64,000 nt of DNA from Octopus vulgaris (lineage: Eukaryota), in NCBI GenBank assembly GCA_951406725.2, contig OX597824.1:3844001-3908000 (forward strand), given 5' to 3'. The notes under the pieces are model-generated. The model had not been told where the DNA came from and did no database searches. It was given only the letters and a program-made list of their open reading frames with translations. Shown piece by piece: positions 42,015 to 55,112 of this stretch. Each line of letters opens with the position of its first letter. Position 1 is the first letter of the stretch. The translations under genes were made by a program, and so were the position numbers.

Positions 42015-42063
42015 TTGTCAGTGAACAAGTTGCGGTCTTAAAGCGACGAAAATATTTTGACAA
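42015..42063 (+). ncRNA. Minimal hammerhead motif with G3:C8 core swap, in a fold-back (41960-42051)
   Basis: UUGUCA-GUGAACA-A-GUUGC-ggucuuaaa-GCGAC-GAAA-AUAU-UU-UGACAA. Confidence 0.65.
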
Positions 42064-42146
42064 ATGAAACTTAAATGTTGAAGTGAATCGAACGGCTTTT
42101 CTGTGTTTCTTAAATGGCTTACAAACACCTACCACGCTGCAATTAT

Positions 42147-42177
<31 letters not shown>

Positions 42178-42427
42178 TTATACACACACACACACACACT
42201 ATATATATATACATATATATATATACATACATATATATATATACACACACACACACACATATATATAAATGTAACTGTTTATCCTGACAAATTTCACTTC
42301 ATGTTTGAGGCTCTCATGATACTCAACCATCAGTCCAAAGCATCCTATGGCAGAAACAGCTGTAAAGCTAATGAAATTCATGAGATAATTTTTTTAATTC
42401 CTTTGTCATTTCAATTGCTTGTATGTA

Positions 42428-42483
<56 letters not shown>

Positions 42484-42853
42484 TGTGTGTATGTGCGTGT
42501 GTGTATAAAGTTGACTTTAAGTAATACCTTTGGTTATTTAAGCTAATTACTCTGCAGTAAATATATATTTCCATTCGAATTTGCATTATTTATTCAAGAG
42601 GCTTCTAACAGCAATGTGTAATTCAAGAGTTCTTTGTGGCAGAATCATAAAACACTTATAATTTTTATTTATCTGCCATAGATTTCAATTTGTAATTCTA
42701 ATACATAATAACCACAAATGAGATTTTTGTGAAGAATTTTAAAATATACAAACTTACAGGAGTTCTTTCCTTCTAGACACATACATACATACATACATAC
42801 ATACATACATACATACATACATGCATGCATGCATTCATTCATACATACATACA

Positions 42854-42912
<59 letters not shown>

Positions 42913-43020
42913 GTATATATGTATATATGTATATATGTATATATGTATATATGTAGATATATGTATGTATGTTTGTATATATTATATTTGTATGTATGTA
43001 TGTATGTCTAGGTTTCTCCT

Positions 43021-43094
<74 letters not shown>

Positions 43095-43319
43095 TAGCAG
43101 CTAAGCCCAGTTTCACCCGGTCTGTTTGGATGATGTGGCTGTGATTGTTTTTGGTTAGGCATAATCTATAACAGCATTTGTTAACCTTATCATTTCGAGT
43201 CCGGTGTTTCGATTGGAGCCTCCAACTATATGAAAATTTCCTGACACCACCCCATCAGAAAACAGCTTCTAAGCAACTGGTTGTGTTAATGGCAGAGATG
43301 GTGAGCTCATATCATGATA

Positions 43320-43726
43320 AACAGCACATGACCTTGAAGGTGGGGCCCAGTTAGAAGTTTCTTCTCCTCGAGTAGCCCATCCCACTCAAAAGGTCCCTGA
43401 ATAAGGATTGTTTAAGGGGGTTGAACGAAACACCCATGTTTCCAAAGGTGACTTATTCAAACTCCAAAGAATCCCTCTCAACCCATGGCCATGATGCACC
43501 CCTACTACTTCTGCTCGTGATCAGAGATGCACATATCGTCAGCCACTAAGGAACATGCTCAACTGGTTACGGTCAAACAACTGACAAGCAAATCTGTGGT
43601 ATTGAGCAGAATATTTGCTGTAGCCCATCTTTTATACCAAGACAAAACAATGTACATGATAACACTTTCAATCAGTTAAAGTCAGAAGCCACGAGAGCCA
43701 CTGTCTGGTACTGCATCAGGGCATTT
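43320..43726 (-). mobile_element. Interspersed repeat abutting a (TAA)n/(TTA)n tract, family unresolved
   Basis: More GC-rich block starting (minus strand) aatgccctgatgcagtacc directly at the trinucleotide tract. The same start (taatgccctg) follows (TAA)n at ~45891. Confidence 0.4.
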
Positions 43727-43750
43727 ATTATTTATAATTATATATAATAT

Positions 43751-43826
<76 letters not shown>

Positions 43827-43830
43827 ATAT

Positions 43831-43903
<73 letters not shown>

Positions 43904-43921
43904 TTATTATTATTATTATTT

Positions 43922-43984
43922 AGGTTACTGCCTGGAATCGAACTCAGAATCTTGGGGTTAGTAGCCCACGCTTTTTACCACTAC
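43922..43984 (-). pseudogene. tRNA-derived SINE head
   Basis: Minus strand gtagtggtaaaaagcg...gagttcgattccagg has A/B boxes; no intact cloverleaf. Confidence 0.55.
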
Positions 43985-44331
43985 AAATATCTGTCAAATG
44001 TAAATGATGTACATAATTCCTCATCTCTTAAATATAGAACTGTTTTATCTAATCATGTATGGCATTTAAAAGAAACTGGTTTTTCTTCTTTCAAAATATG
44101 ATGGCCAGTCTTGGAAAAAGCAAACCCATACAAGCATGGATCCTCCTGCTATTCTATGAAATGCCCATTGCACTTAAGCAAAAGACACTTTATCCTCTTT
44201 TAACAGAAAGATGCTTTGAACAGAAAGATTCTAATTTTAAAACCTATACAACTGAAAAACTAGCATTATTTACTGATTTTATCATCACTTGGAATTTGTT
44301 GGACGCTTTTTTGCATTTTGTAAATATTTTC

Positions 44332-44441
44332 ATTCCAACCATCACGTCCAATGTGTATGGTTTTATAGATGTTGTACATCTATGGTTTTATCGATGTACA
44401 ACATCTATAAAACCATACACATTGAATGTGATGGTTGGAAT
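44332..44441. repeat. ~50-bp near-perfect hairpin
   Basis: attccaaccatcac...tatagatgttgtacatc pairs with gatgtacaacatctata...gtgatggttggaat. Confidence 0.8.
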
Positions 44442-44882
44442 TTTATGCTTCCTTCTTTCAATACAAATGTTTATTTAAGCAATGATCTGGCACAATTGTC
44501 TGAAACTAGAGAAAATACTTAAGCAACATTTCATTTGTCTTTATGTTTTGAGTTCAAATCCCACTGAGGACACCTTTGCCTTTCATCCTTTTGGGGTCAA
44601 TTAAATCGGTATCAGTCAATCACTGGGGTTGATGTAATCAATTAGCCACCTCCCCACAAAAGTACCAAGCCTTGTGCCTACAGTAAAAAGGAATATGAAC
44701 TTTTATTGACAAGCACAGATGTTTCACACATCTTTATTCCATTGTTTATTATTTTATTTCATTTTATCATTTATATTACTCCAGCTTTGAATTGATTGCA
44801 GTGAGTTTTTACAAATATATATATATTAAAACTTCATATATATATATATATAAACTTTATATATATATATATATCCACATGT

Positions 44883-44914
<32 letters not shown>

Positions 44915-45823
44915 ATTTGCAGTTTCTTTGTAGTTTGGTCCTTACCTCTTTCATACACTTAACTCTATATCTTTCCAATATCTCTACCTGTCGCATGCTT
45001 TCCAATCGCTTCCTCCCACCTGCTTATGGCTATCTTTCATATCTAACTTCATATCTCTCTAATTTCTTGATCTCTTCTAGGCTTCCCAATCACTTCCCTG
45101 CCACTGCTTATAGCAATCTCTATTAGATACATGTTCACTTTTAATTATCTCTATCTTTTAGCTTTTAATTCCTCCCTCTTGTTTTCCTCACTCTCCTTCA
45201 CCCCATCCTCCTTGTCTTTATTCTTCTTACCTTTGATAAATTTTGCTTTTATTTTCTTACCTGAGTTCAATTCCTACTCCAGTCAGGTATTCATTTATTT
45301 ATTTATTCTAATTTTAATTTTCTACTTATTTGCACATATTGTGTGTGATATTCATTCCCCCTTGTATTAATTTTTTATTTTAAATTTTAATTTTTATTGC
45401 ATGCAATATTTTTCCTTGATTTTAAAAAGGTTTTCCTTTTTGGTTTCTTGCATTTCTTATGCCTCTTTCCACAAATGACAGGTGTTATATTATTCAGTTC
45501 TTCATTCAGATTCAACAGGTTTTTAATGTTTATGTTTTTTTAATTGTGGTTCATTTCCATCATTTTCCATCCAATCATTTTTCTTGTTGTCATCGTCATC
45601 TTCATCATTATCGTCATCGTTGTCGTCTTCGTTGTCATCTTTGTTGTCATCGTCATAATCATCATTGTCATCATCATCTTCGTCGTCGTCGTTGTTATCG
45701 TCAACATCATTGTCATTGTCATCATCATCATCATCATCATCATTGTCGTCAGCATTGTCATCATCGTCGTCGTCATCATCATCATTTAATGTCCATATAT
45801 GATGCTGGTATTGAATAGTAATA

Positions 45824-45872
<49 letters not shown>

Positions 45873-46944
45873 TAATAATAATAATAATAATAATGCCCTG
45901 TCCAATTAGTTTTATTCATTGAGTTACTAAATAATATTTCCTGCTCTGTTTATAAATATTTGTAAATATGTATAAACCACAGTTTTGCTCCAAATACTCA
46001 TGATTGTCTGATGATCAATTGTGTGAAACCCTGACAAACAGCTTCTGAAAAGTCTTTTCCGTCACAATAAAGTACCACACACACACACATACACATGCTC
46101 TTTCTCACTCATGCACATACACAAACATGCCACAAATATTCCTGCATTGTTTCCACAATCTAAATTCTAGTCCTAAGGAATTGGTCATCTCGAAACTAAA
46201 GCAGAAGACTTACCCAAGGTGACATGCAGTGGGATTGGAGTCGGAACTACATGGTGGCAAGGAAAACTTCTTAGACACACACACACACACACACATACAC
46301 GTAATGCATATAAGACAGTAATTTCTGAGATGAAGCAATATTAAAAATAAAAAAATCCTGGCAATAAAAAACAGCAAAAGAGCAAAAATGGAAACAAAAA
46401 TGAATAAACAACAAATATAAAAACGTAACAAAGAACCAAAAAAAAACCCCCCATCAAAACAAATCTTTTGTCTTGACTTTGGTTGTTATCAGGATGCGGG
46501 GAGATGGACAGAGGAAATGGTAAGGGTCTGGGGTGGAAATTGGCCGAGGTAAAGATAGGAGAGTCAAAATAGGAAGTGAAGATAGAATTGGTGTGAAAAA
46601 TAAGATGGCAAATATGTAAATAAATAAATAGAATATTCTAGATTGGTTGCAGCTCGAATAATTCTAAGGGAAAGAGATAAGCAAAATGGTAAGCTGTAAG
46701 ATAGGCGGCAAGCTATAAGTGTCTGAGTGTGTATATACATGTGACTATATATACGAGTATGTGTTTATGTGTTTATGTATGTATGTATGTATGTATGTTT
46801 GTGTGTGTGTTTGTATCTGTATGTATGTATGTATAATTGTATGTATGTATGCATGTATGTATGTGTGTATGTATGCATGTATGTATATGTGTAATGTGTA
46901 TATATGTATGTATGTATATTTATATCTTTATAAATATTATAGAT

Positions 46945-46981
<37 letters not shown>

Positions 46982-46982
<1 letters not shown>

Positions 46983-47385
46983 TCTTTTACTTGTTTCAGT
47001 CATTTCACTGTGGCCTTGCTGGAGCACTGCCTTTAGTCAAAGAAATCAACCCCAGGACTTATTCTTTGTAAGCCTTTTACTTATTCTAGTGGTCTCTTTT
47101 GCTGAAATGCTAAGTTATGGGGACATAAACACACCAGCATCGGTTGTCAAGCAATGTTGGGGAGACAAATACAGACACATAAATACATACACACACACAC
47201 ACACACACACACATACATACATATATATATACGACGGGCTTTCAGTTTCTGTCTACCAAATCCACTCACAAGGCTTTGGTCGGCCCAAGGCTATGGTACA
47301 AGACATTTGCCCAAGGTGCCAAACAGTGGGACTGAACCTGGAACCATCTGCTTGGAAATTTATCTACTTACCACACAGCCACTCT
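46982..47385 (-). mobile_element. SINE family B
   Basis: Full-length-like copy homologous to 318-765. Confidence 0.8.
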
Positions 47386-47721
47386 TTTGCTTGTATATTT
47401 ACATATATATATATGCATGCATATATATGTAATATATACAATATATATAAACATTTACACATTTATATGTATATATCTGCATACGCTTGTATGTGTGTAT
47501 ACATACATATACATATATCTATATATACCTGTATATATCTATTATATTTGTCTATTTATCTATCTATCTAGCTATATATCTCGCTCCCTCTCTCTGTCTA
47601 TATATATATATATATATACATCATCATCATCATCATCATCGTTTAATGTCCGCTTTCCATGCTAACATGGGTTGGACGATTTGACTGAGGACTGGCGAAC
47701 CAGACTCCAATCTGATCTGGC

Positions 47722-47802
<81 letters not shown>

Positions 47803-47944
47803 ATATTCTCTAATTATATACATAATAATATATACATATATAATTATATAATTATAAAATATTTTGTATAATTCATCTAAAAAGGTTTTTTTTAATGTAC
47901 TGACTACTTGGTAAAATTATTAATTAATTAATTTTACCTGATGT

Positions 47945-47996
<52 letters not shown>

Positions 47997-48004
47997 GTAT
48001 GTAC

Positions 48005-48046
<42 letters not shown>

Positions 48047-48164
48047 TGTTATATTTCGGAATGGTCATATTGCCAGTTTAGCCAATAAAAACACACGCAC
48101 TATATATTTGGTGTTATTTTGCTTCAGTGATATTTATTTTTTACATTAATCTTAATCTTATTTT

Positions 48165-48209
48165 GGCCAAAGTTCTTTCGTCACACTCCTGTGACCGCAT
48201 CAGTGGTCC
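48165..48209 (-). ncRNA. Variant hammerhead motif in the PLE 3' region (left arm)
   Basis: Reverse complement of 51782-51826. Confidence 0.5.
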
Positions 48210-48726
48210 TTTGTTTTCTTCTCACTTACTTGTGTCTCTCCTTACTAACCGTCAGCCATTTTGTATTTCTATTGTATGTCTTCATTTGCGCATGCTTATA
48301 TCTCTATGTGCGTCTATGTTTATTTAGTGTGTGGGGGGGGATGTCTGTAATATTTGTATCTTCTGGTTATATACATTCTTGTAATTTGTATTTTGTTTTT
48401 GTTGTTGTTGCTTTTGTTCTAATTTTGTTCATGTGTTTACATCCACCCATTATTATCATTACATATGCTTGTATGTATGTATAACAACAATATTAGTAAT
48501 AATAATAATAAATCTAATCGAGAAAAAAAAAAAAAAAAAAAAAGAATATACATATACATATATATATATATACATACATATACATATACATATATATATA
48601 TACATATATACACACACATATACACATATACATATACATATATATACACATATACATACATATAGATATTCATTTCTATTTCTTTAATTACCTGTGTATT
48701 TATTATGTTTGCAGGATCCACTATTG

Positions 48727-49898
48727 TCATATGTTGTGGTGTGCGCTATTGCTCCATTCTAGTTTTCTATTCAGGCTAGGTTTATTTTCTATTATATGTG
48801 TAGCTTCTGTAATTTGTCTAATTGTTGCATCTGTTCTATGTGTGGACAATATCTTAATCTCTATGTTATTGATTGATCCCCCGTGTTCTTGTTCGGCGTG
48901 TTGGTACAGAATCGATGAGCTTTTACCTTCCTTGAGTTGTCTCCAATGTTCATTCACCCGCTCACCAATGCTTCTTGCAGTTTCCCCTACGTATGTTACT
49001 GTCTTGTTACTGCATCTTCCCTCTATACATCTTATACTATAGACCACATTTCTGGCTTTACAGTTCGTTTGTGGGCTAAATCTACATACAGTGCAATAGT
49101 TATCCGTACAGAGAGTTCTACTAAAAGGATAGGTTCTACCAATTATAGATCTGATAGGGTTGCCTGGCTTTTCAACAACCTTAATTCTTAGTTTAAGTTT
49201 ATCTAGGGTCCTTCTAAAGCGGTACGCTAGTTCACCTCCAGGGGTGGTGTCAACGAACATGACACTCTGGTATTTATGGCTATCATACCAAGAGTTGGCC
49301 TTCCTTATTTTCTTTTTTGTCCTTTCTATAGTGTTCCATGACTTGTTCCTATAGAGTGGGCAAATCCCATTCCTATCATTACATAATATATTATCAAATT
49401 TCTTCATGGCTCCTTTGTATACTCTGATCCTTTCTTTATGGCTGTAACCTGAGAACTGCATGCGGTGAATGAAATACTGTATGTGTCTCTTTAATTCTGT
49501 AGGCTCGCACATGCGTGACACATTTCTCATTATTCTGACGAGGTCTGCCATCAAAATATTGAATTTGGCATTGCCCGCAATGGCTGAGTTCCGGTGGATC
49601 AGGTATTTTGAGGCCATAGGTTTTGCATAGTATGAATGAAGGATTTGGGTTTTATTTTTCACAATTTCTAGCCAGAGTTCAGTGTCTAGTACTGGTAGTC
49701 TATGGTTGGGGTGTTTAGTGGGGTAGTCTATTGTGACCTTAATACTCTGGTGGATGGAGTTAGCTATTTGCTGGATGCTCTCCATAGTATTAGTTTCTAT
49801 TACTATATCAACCGTACTCTCTTGTGGGGGTGCCTTTACTACTATATTGATATCATCAACATAGCGAGAGTACATGTTTACGAGTATGGATTTCTGCA
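48727..49898 (-). CDS. Penelope-like RT C-half plus GIY-YIG endonuclease (5'-truncated, open frame)
   Basis: YSRYVDD, LPVLD, YYAKP, CTVC, VVYSIRC...[17 protein letters not shown]...H and E..HI....PSLN motifs. Confidence 0.9.
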
Positions 49899-49919
49899 AA
49901 TGTCCATCAGGTAAAGAAA

Positions 49920-51265
49920 ATGATCGCACATGCACTAGGAGCTAGTATAAGAGTTACCCTAAAAGGCCACACATTTAAATTTAATAATAAAATATATGCC
50001 CAGGACGAGGGGGCAGCCATCGGTGTTAGTATCGCTGGTGATGTGGCCAACCTCTTCATGGTATGGTGGGACAGAAGGCTTAAAGAATGCCTACTGCAGA
50101 AATCCATACTCGTAAACATGTACTCTCGCTATGTTGATGATATCAATATAGTAGTAAAGGCACCCCCACAAGAGAGTACGGTTGATATAGTAATAGAAAC
50201 TAATACTATGGAGAGCATCCAGCAAATAGCTAACTCCATCCACCAGAGTATTAAGGTCACAATAGACTACCCCACTAAACACCCCAACCATAGACTACCA
50301 GTACTAGACACTGAACTCTGGCTAGAAATTGTGAAAAATAAAACCCAAATCCTTCATTCATACTATGCAAAACCTATGGCCTCAAAATACCTGATCCACC
50401 GGAACTCAGCCATTGCGGGCAATGCCAAATTCAATATTTTGATGGCAGACCTCGTCAGAATAATGAGAAATGTGTCACGCATGTGCGAGCCTACAGAATT
50501 AAAGAGACACATACAGTATTTCATTCACCGCATGCAGTTCTCAGGTTACAGCCATAAAGAAAGGATCAGAGTATACAAAGGAGCCATGAAGAAATTTGAT
50601 AATATATTATGTAATGATAGGAATGGGATTTGCCCACTCTATAGGAACAAGTCATGGAACACTATAGAAAGGACAAAAAGAAAATAAGGAAGGCCAACTC
50701 TTGGTATGATAGCCATAAATACCAGAGTGTCATGTTCGTTGACACCACCCCTGGAGGTGAACTAGCGTACCGCTTTAGAAGGACCCTAGATAAACTTAAA
50801 CTAAGAATTAAGGTTGTTGAAAAGCCAGGCAACCCTATCAGATCTATAATTGGTAGAACCTATCCTTTTAGTAGAACTCTCTGTACGGATAACTATTGCA
50901 CTGTATGTAGATTTAGCCCACAAACGAACTGTAAAGCCAGAAATGTGGTCTATAGTATAAGATGTATAGAGGGAAGATGCAGTAACAAGACAGTAACATA
51001 CGTAGGGGAAACTGCAAGAAGCATTGGTGAGCGGGTGAATGAACATTGGAGACAACTCAAGGAAGGTAAAAGCTCATCGATTCTGTACCAACACGCCGAA
51101 CAAGAACACGGGGGATCAATCAATAACATAGAGATTAAGATATTGTCCACACATAGAACAGATGCAACAATTAGACAAATTACAGAAGCTACACATATAA
51201 TAGAAAATAAACCTAGCCTGAATAGAAAACTAGAATGGAGCAATAGCGCACACCACAACATATGA
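49920..51265 (+). pseudogene. PLE RT-GIY-YIG ORF with a single -1 frameshift near 50675
   Basis: ORFs 49920-50687 and 50654-51265 join if one A is restored in the A-run; the left arm has the extra base. Confidence 0.85.
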
Positions 51266-51781
51266 CAATAGTGGATCCTGCAAACATAATAAATACACAG
51301 GTAATTAAAGAAATAGAAATGAATATCTATATGTATGTATATGTGTATATATATGTATATGTATATGTGTATATGTGTGTGTATATATGTATATATATAT
51401 ATGTATATGTATATGTATGTATATATATATATATGTATATGTATATTCTTTTTTTTTTCTTTTTTTTTTCTCGATTAGATTTATTATTATTATTACTAAT
51501 ATTGTTGTTATACATACATACAAGCATATGTAATGATAATAATGGGTGGATGTAAACACATGAACAAAATTAGAACAAAAGCAACAACAACAAAAACAAA
51601 ATACAAATTACAAGAATGTATATAACCAGAAGATACAAATATTACAGACATCCCCCCCACACACTAAATAAACATAGACGCACATAGAGATATAAGCATG
51701 CGCAAATGAAGACATACAATAGAAATACAAAATGGCTGACGGTTAGTAAGGAGAGACACAAGTAAGTGAGAAGAAAACAAA

Positions 51782-51826
51782 GGACCACTGATGCGGTCAC
51801 AGGAGTGTGACGAAAGAACTTTGGCC
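51782..51826 (+). ncRNA. Variant hammerhead motif (A9C) in the PLE 3' region
   Basis: GGACCA-CUGAUGC-G-GUCACA-ggag-UGUGAC-GAAA-GAAC-UU-UGG(-)CC, followed by AATAAA. Confidence 0.5.
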
Positions 51827-52001
51827 AAAATAAGATTAAGATTAATGTAAAAAATAAATATCACTGAAGCAAAATAACACCAAATATATAGTGCGTGTGT
51901 TTTTATTGGCTAAACTGGCAATATGACCATTCCGAAATATAACAATATCTGTTTCAACACACGACTTCACATAAAAAATCTTGCACAACAAATATTTAAA
52001 C

Positions 52002-52052
<51 letters not shown>

Positions 52053-53134
52053 TATATGTACATATATCCTCATCACCATTATCATCATTATTATTATCAT
52101 CATCATCGTTCTCATCGTCATTGTTTGATGTTCATTTTCTATGCTGGCATGGGTTGGACGGTTTGACAGGAGCTAGTGAGCCCAAAGAGCCGCACTAAGC
52201 CCCATTGTGTGCCTTGGATCCCCTTCCTAAAGTCAACCACTTTACAGAGTGCCCTCGGTGCTTTTTATGGGGCGACAGCACCAGTGGGGTCACCAAGTTA
52301 CCTACATGGCAAAGACCGTTTGGCTGGGAGAGAGAAAGTGGTATGAGGGGGGTGGTTTTGTGCCAGTTAAAGTATAATAGAGGGATGGAGATAGGTGAGA
52401 GGTTTTCTATTCAGAAAGTCCTAAGCAAAGCAAGAAGACACTGAGTGTAAGAGACTATGAGGAAGAAGAAATTAAGATGAAAGGAATGAATTTATGATGC
52501 ATAGTCAATTGTGTGTGTGTGTGTGTGTGTGTGTGAGTTTGTGTAGGAAAGAGAGGGGGGAGAGAAGGAGGGGGTGAGAGAGAGACATATATATCATGAA
52601 CAACTTTTCCTTCAAAAATATTATATTGGAAACAAGATGTCTTTCACTTAACCCCATTTTTTCTCGATGAGTTTTTTTTTTTTACATATTTCCTTATTAG
52701 TTTATTTTTTCTGCTTTATTTGGAACAACAACATTCATAGATCCATCAATATTTCCAGAACCTTCTTGCTCTTATCTTCCAAATGAAGTGCTTATTAGTG
52801 GTGTTATTTTTTTATATTGATGAATTTTTAATAATATCTGTGAGGGTCTTGGGAATAATTCTACCAACAATATCATCGTTGCTGGATTTAGAACATTAAT
52901 CTCCGTCTCCAGTTTGCTTTCGGTATTATCAGTGTCTGTTCAAGACTATCATGTTTGGTCTCTAATCTTTGCTTGGCATTTCGCATCCATTTTTTATAAA
53001 AAGCTTAATTTTTTTCTGAAATGTTCTACAGTATAGCTGTGTTACTAACTGGTGAAATTATACAGTATGGCAATGTTATTGACTAATAATGTTATACAGT
53101 ATAACTGGTGATGTTATACAGTATGGCAGTGTTA

Positions 53135-53366
53135 AGGCAGCAAGCTGGCAGAAACGTTAGCACGCCGGGTGAAATGCTTAGCAGTATTTCATCTGCCATT
53201 ATGTTCTGAGTTCAAATTCCACCAAGGTAGACTTTGCCTTTCATCCTTTCAGGGTCGATAAATAAAAGTACCAGTTACACACAGGGGTCGATGTAATCGA
53301 CTTAATCCATTTGCCTGTCTTTGTTTGTCCCCTTTGTGTTTAGCCCCTTGTGGGTAGTAAAGAAAT
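53135..53366 (+). mobile_element. SINE family C with 23-bp flanking direct repeat
   Basis: tgttatacagtatggcagtgtta at 53112-53134 and 53367-53389, within a local tandem repeat. Confidence 0.85.
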
Positions 53367-53459
53367 TGTTATACAGTATGGCAGTGTTATTGACTAATAA
53401 TGTTATACAGTATACCTATGGCATTAACTAATGATATTATATTGGATGGCTGCCTTATT

Positions 53460-53900
53460 AACTAAGCACGTTCTCCTCTCCAATGTTGTTTCCATGTTCT
53501 CTGTTGTTCTGTTGTACAAAGGATCCATGATAGAAATGCTTGGCCAGCTGTGGAGGGAGTTTTAAAATGTGTGTCCAATGTAACCAGATTGGCTCAGTGA
53601 ATTCCCCACTGTCATGCTTACATTCTTCATCAGTTGTCAACCCCACTCCCCACCGAAAATGGTGGAGTGGTGAGTGGGTGGTGGCCATCTGAGTGGCTGG
53701 AAATACACAACCAGTCAACTCTGAGAAGCAGAAGCGAATATTGTTGTAGTAAAAAAAGATAGTGAGAGGAGTCAGCAGACCAGGGGCCAGGGGGTGGAGT
53801 GTCAGTCAGCTGAGTGGTCCATCTCTGGATGTGGTCCAGAATATTGATGCACTTTGTAGCAACTCTGTCCAAGATATGGAGCAGCTCTTCATCAAGGGCC
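53460..53900 (-). pseudogene. Highly decayed non-LTR (CR1/Jockey-like) 3' coding fragment
   Basis: Remnants LDHIQRWTTQLTDT, SLSFFYYNN and CFSELTGCV resemble LINE RT C-termini. Confidence 0.35.
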
Positions 53901-54453
53901 TCACTTGAACCTTGTAGAATGTCAGGAGCTATTGAGGATTGAAATATCTTCTGCCTCTAAAGGAAATGGTTTGTCTTTTGGATGCAAAGTGGTTGAGTTC
54001 CTTTCGAGTGTTGGGCCTTACAGAAGCAATGACCAAGATCTTTGGCATTATGTTGTGCTTGAGAAGAAGAGATATCAAGCTAAGCAAAATTGCAGTCATG
54101 GAAGATACTGGTGTTAGGCAAATGGTACCTGTACAGGTGGTACATAAAAGAACCCATTACACTCTTGGAGTGGTCGGCATTAGGAAGAGCATCCAGTCTT
54201 AGAAAACCATGCTAAATCAGACTGGAGTCTGGTGCAGCCTTCCAGCATGGCAGACCAGTCAAACCGTCCAACCCATGCCAACGGATGTGAAATGATGATG
54301 ATGATGATGATGATTGAGTATGATCATGGTGAAGATTATGATGCCAATGACAGATAACGATGATGACAATGACGACGACAACGATGATGATGATAAAAAG
54401 GATAATGATAATGAAGAGGATGATGGTGATGACAATGATAATGATAATAATGG

Positions 54454-54484
<31 letters not shown>

Positions 54485-54964
54485 GGTGGTGATGATGATG
54501 ACGACGATGATGATGGTGAAGATGAAATGATGTTGAGAATAATGGTGATGATGACAGTAACAATAATGATGATGATGATGATGATATTTGCATTGGTTGT
54601 AATGAAGGAGAGAAAATTCTGTATTCATAGAGTAGAGCATAATTATATTTGTTTGGTTGGAGTGAAAAGTCATTAGTAAACTTTAATGTTTACCTGCTCA
54701 TTGAGAGAAATCATCATCATCAGCAGCAGTAGCAGCTGCAGCAGAGTGTATTGGAATGAAAGGCTACTTTGCCCAACATCTTGGTCAATGGAACATTGCA
54801 TCACAATACTTCATGCTGTCGTCTGACTGAGCATGTAAACACATGAAACTTAAGTAGCTGCGTATGGCTTCAAGAACTGAATGGGTATATGTGTAGCCAT
54901 ATATATATATATATATATGTCTATATAAATGTATGTCTAGATATATATATATATAGACATATAT

Positions 54965-55112
54965 AAATAAAAATAAGAAATAAGTGGAAATTTTACAGGT
55001 GAGTGTGTTACATTACAAGACACAAAAAGAAAATGACTGTCCCCAGACACAACAGAATATGCTTCAACACACGAACTCATATAAAGAATCTTGCAAACTA
55101 AATCCAAAAACG

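Larger units (their letters stand above)
48043..49898 (-). mobile_element. Penelope-like element, inverted 5'-truncated copy (left arm)
   Basis: Reverse complement of 50095-51948 except for a few homopolymer differences. Confidence 0.92.
49899..52002 (+). mobile_element. Penelope-like element, 5'-truncated forward copy ending at (TA)n
   Basis: RT motifs FKFNNKIYAQDEGAAIGVSIAGDVANLFM and YVDD, C-terminal GIY-YIG, and a ~740-bp 3' region. Confidence 0.92.

Noticed and set aside
43092-43240. Helitron/Helentron-like end (tactagcagctaagcccagtttcacccgg)
   Set aside because: Only one end is suggestive; no matching terminus or second copy in the window.
49899-49935. Start of the 402-aa minus-strand ORF
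   Set aside because: The first ~12 codons are antisense of the forward PLE copy across the inversion junction, not a true N-terminus.
50670-50690. Programmed frameshift in the PLE ORF
   Set aside because: The left arm has the extra base and an open frame; most likely a homopolymer error or simple mutation.
51263-51300. UGA as selenocysteine read-through (known for some Naiad PLEs)
   Set aside because: The UGA follows the terminal P.LN motif, the frame closes again within a few codons, and the endonuclease is C-terminal here.
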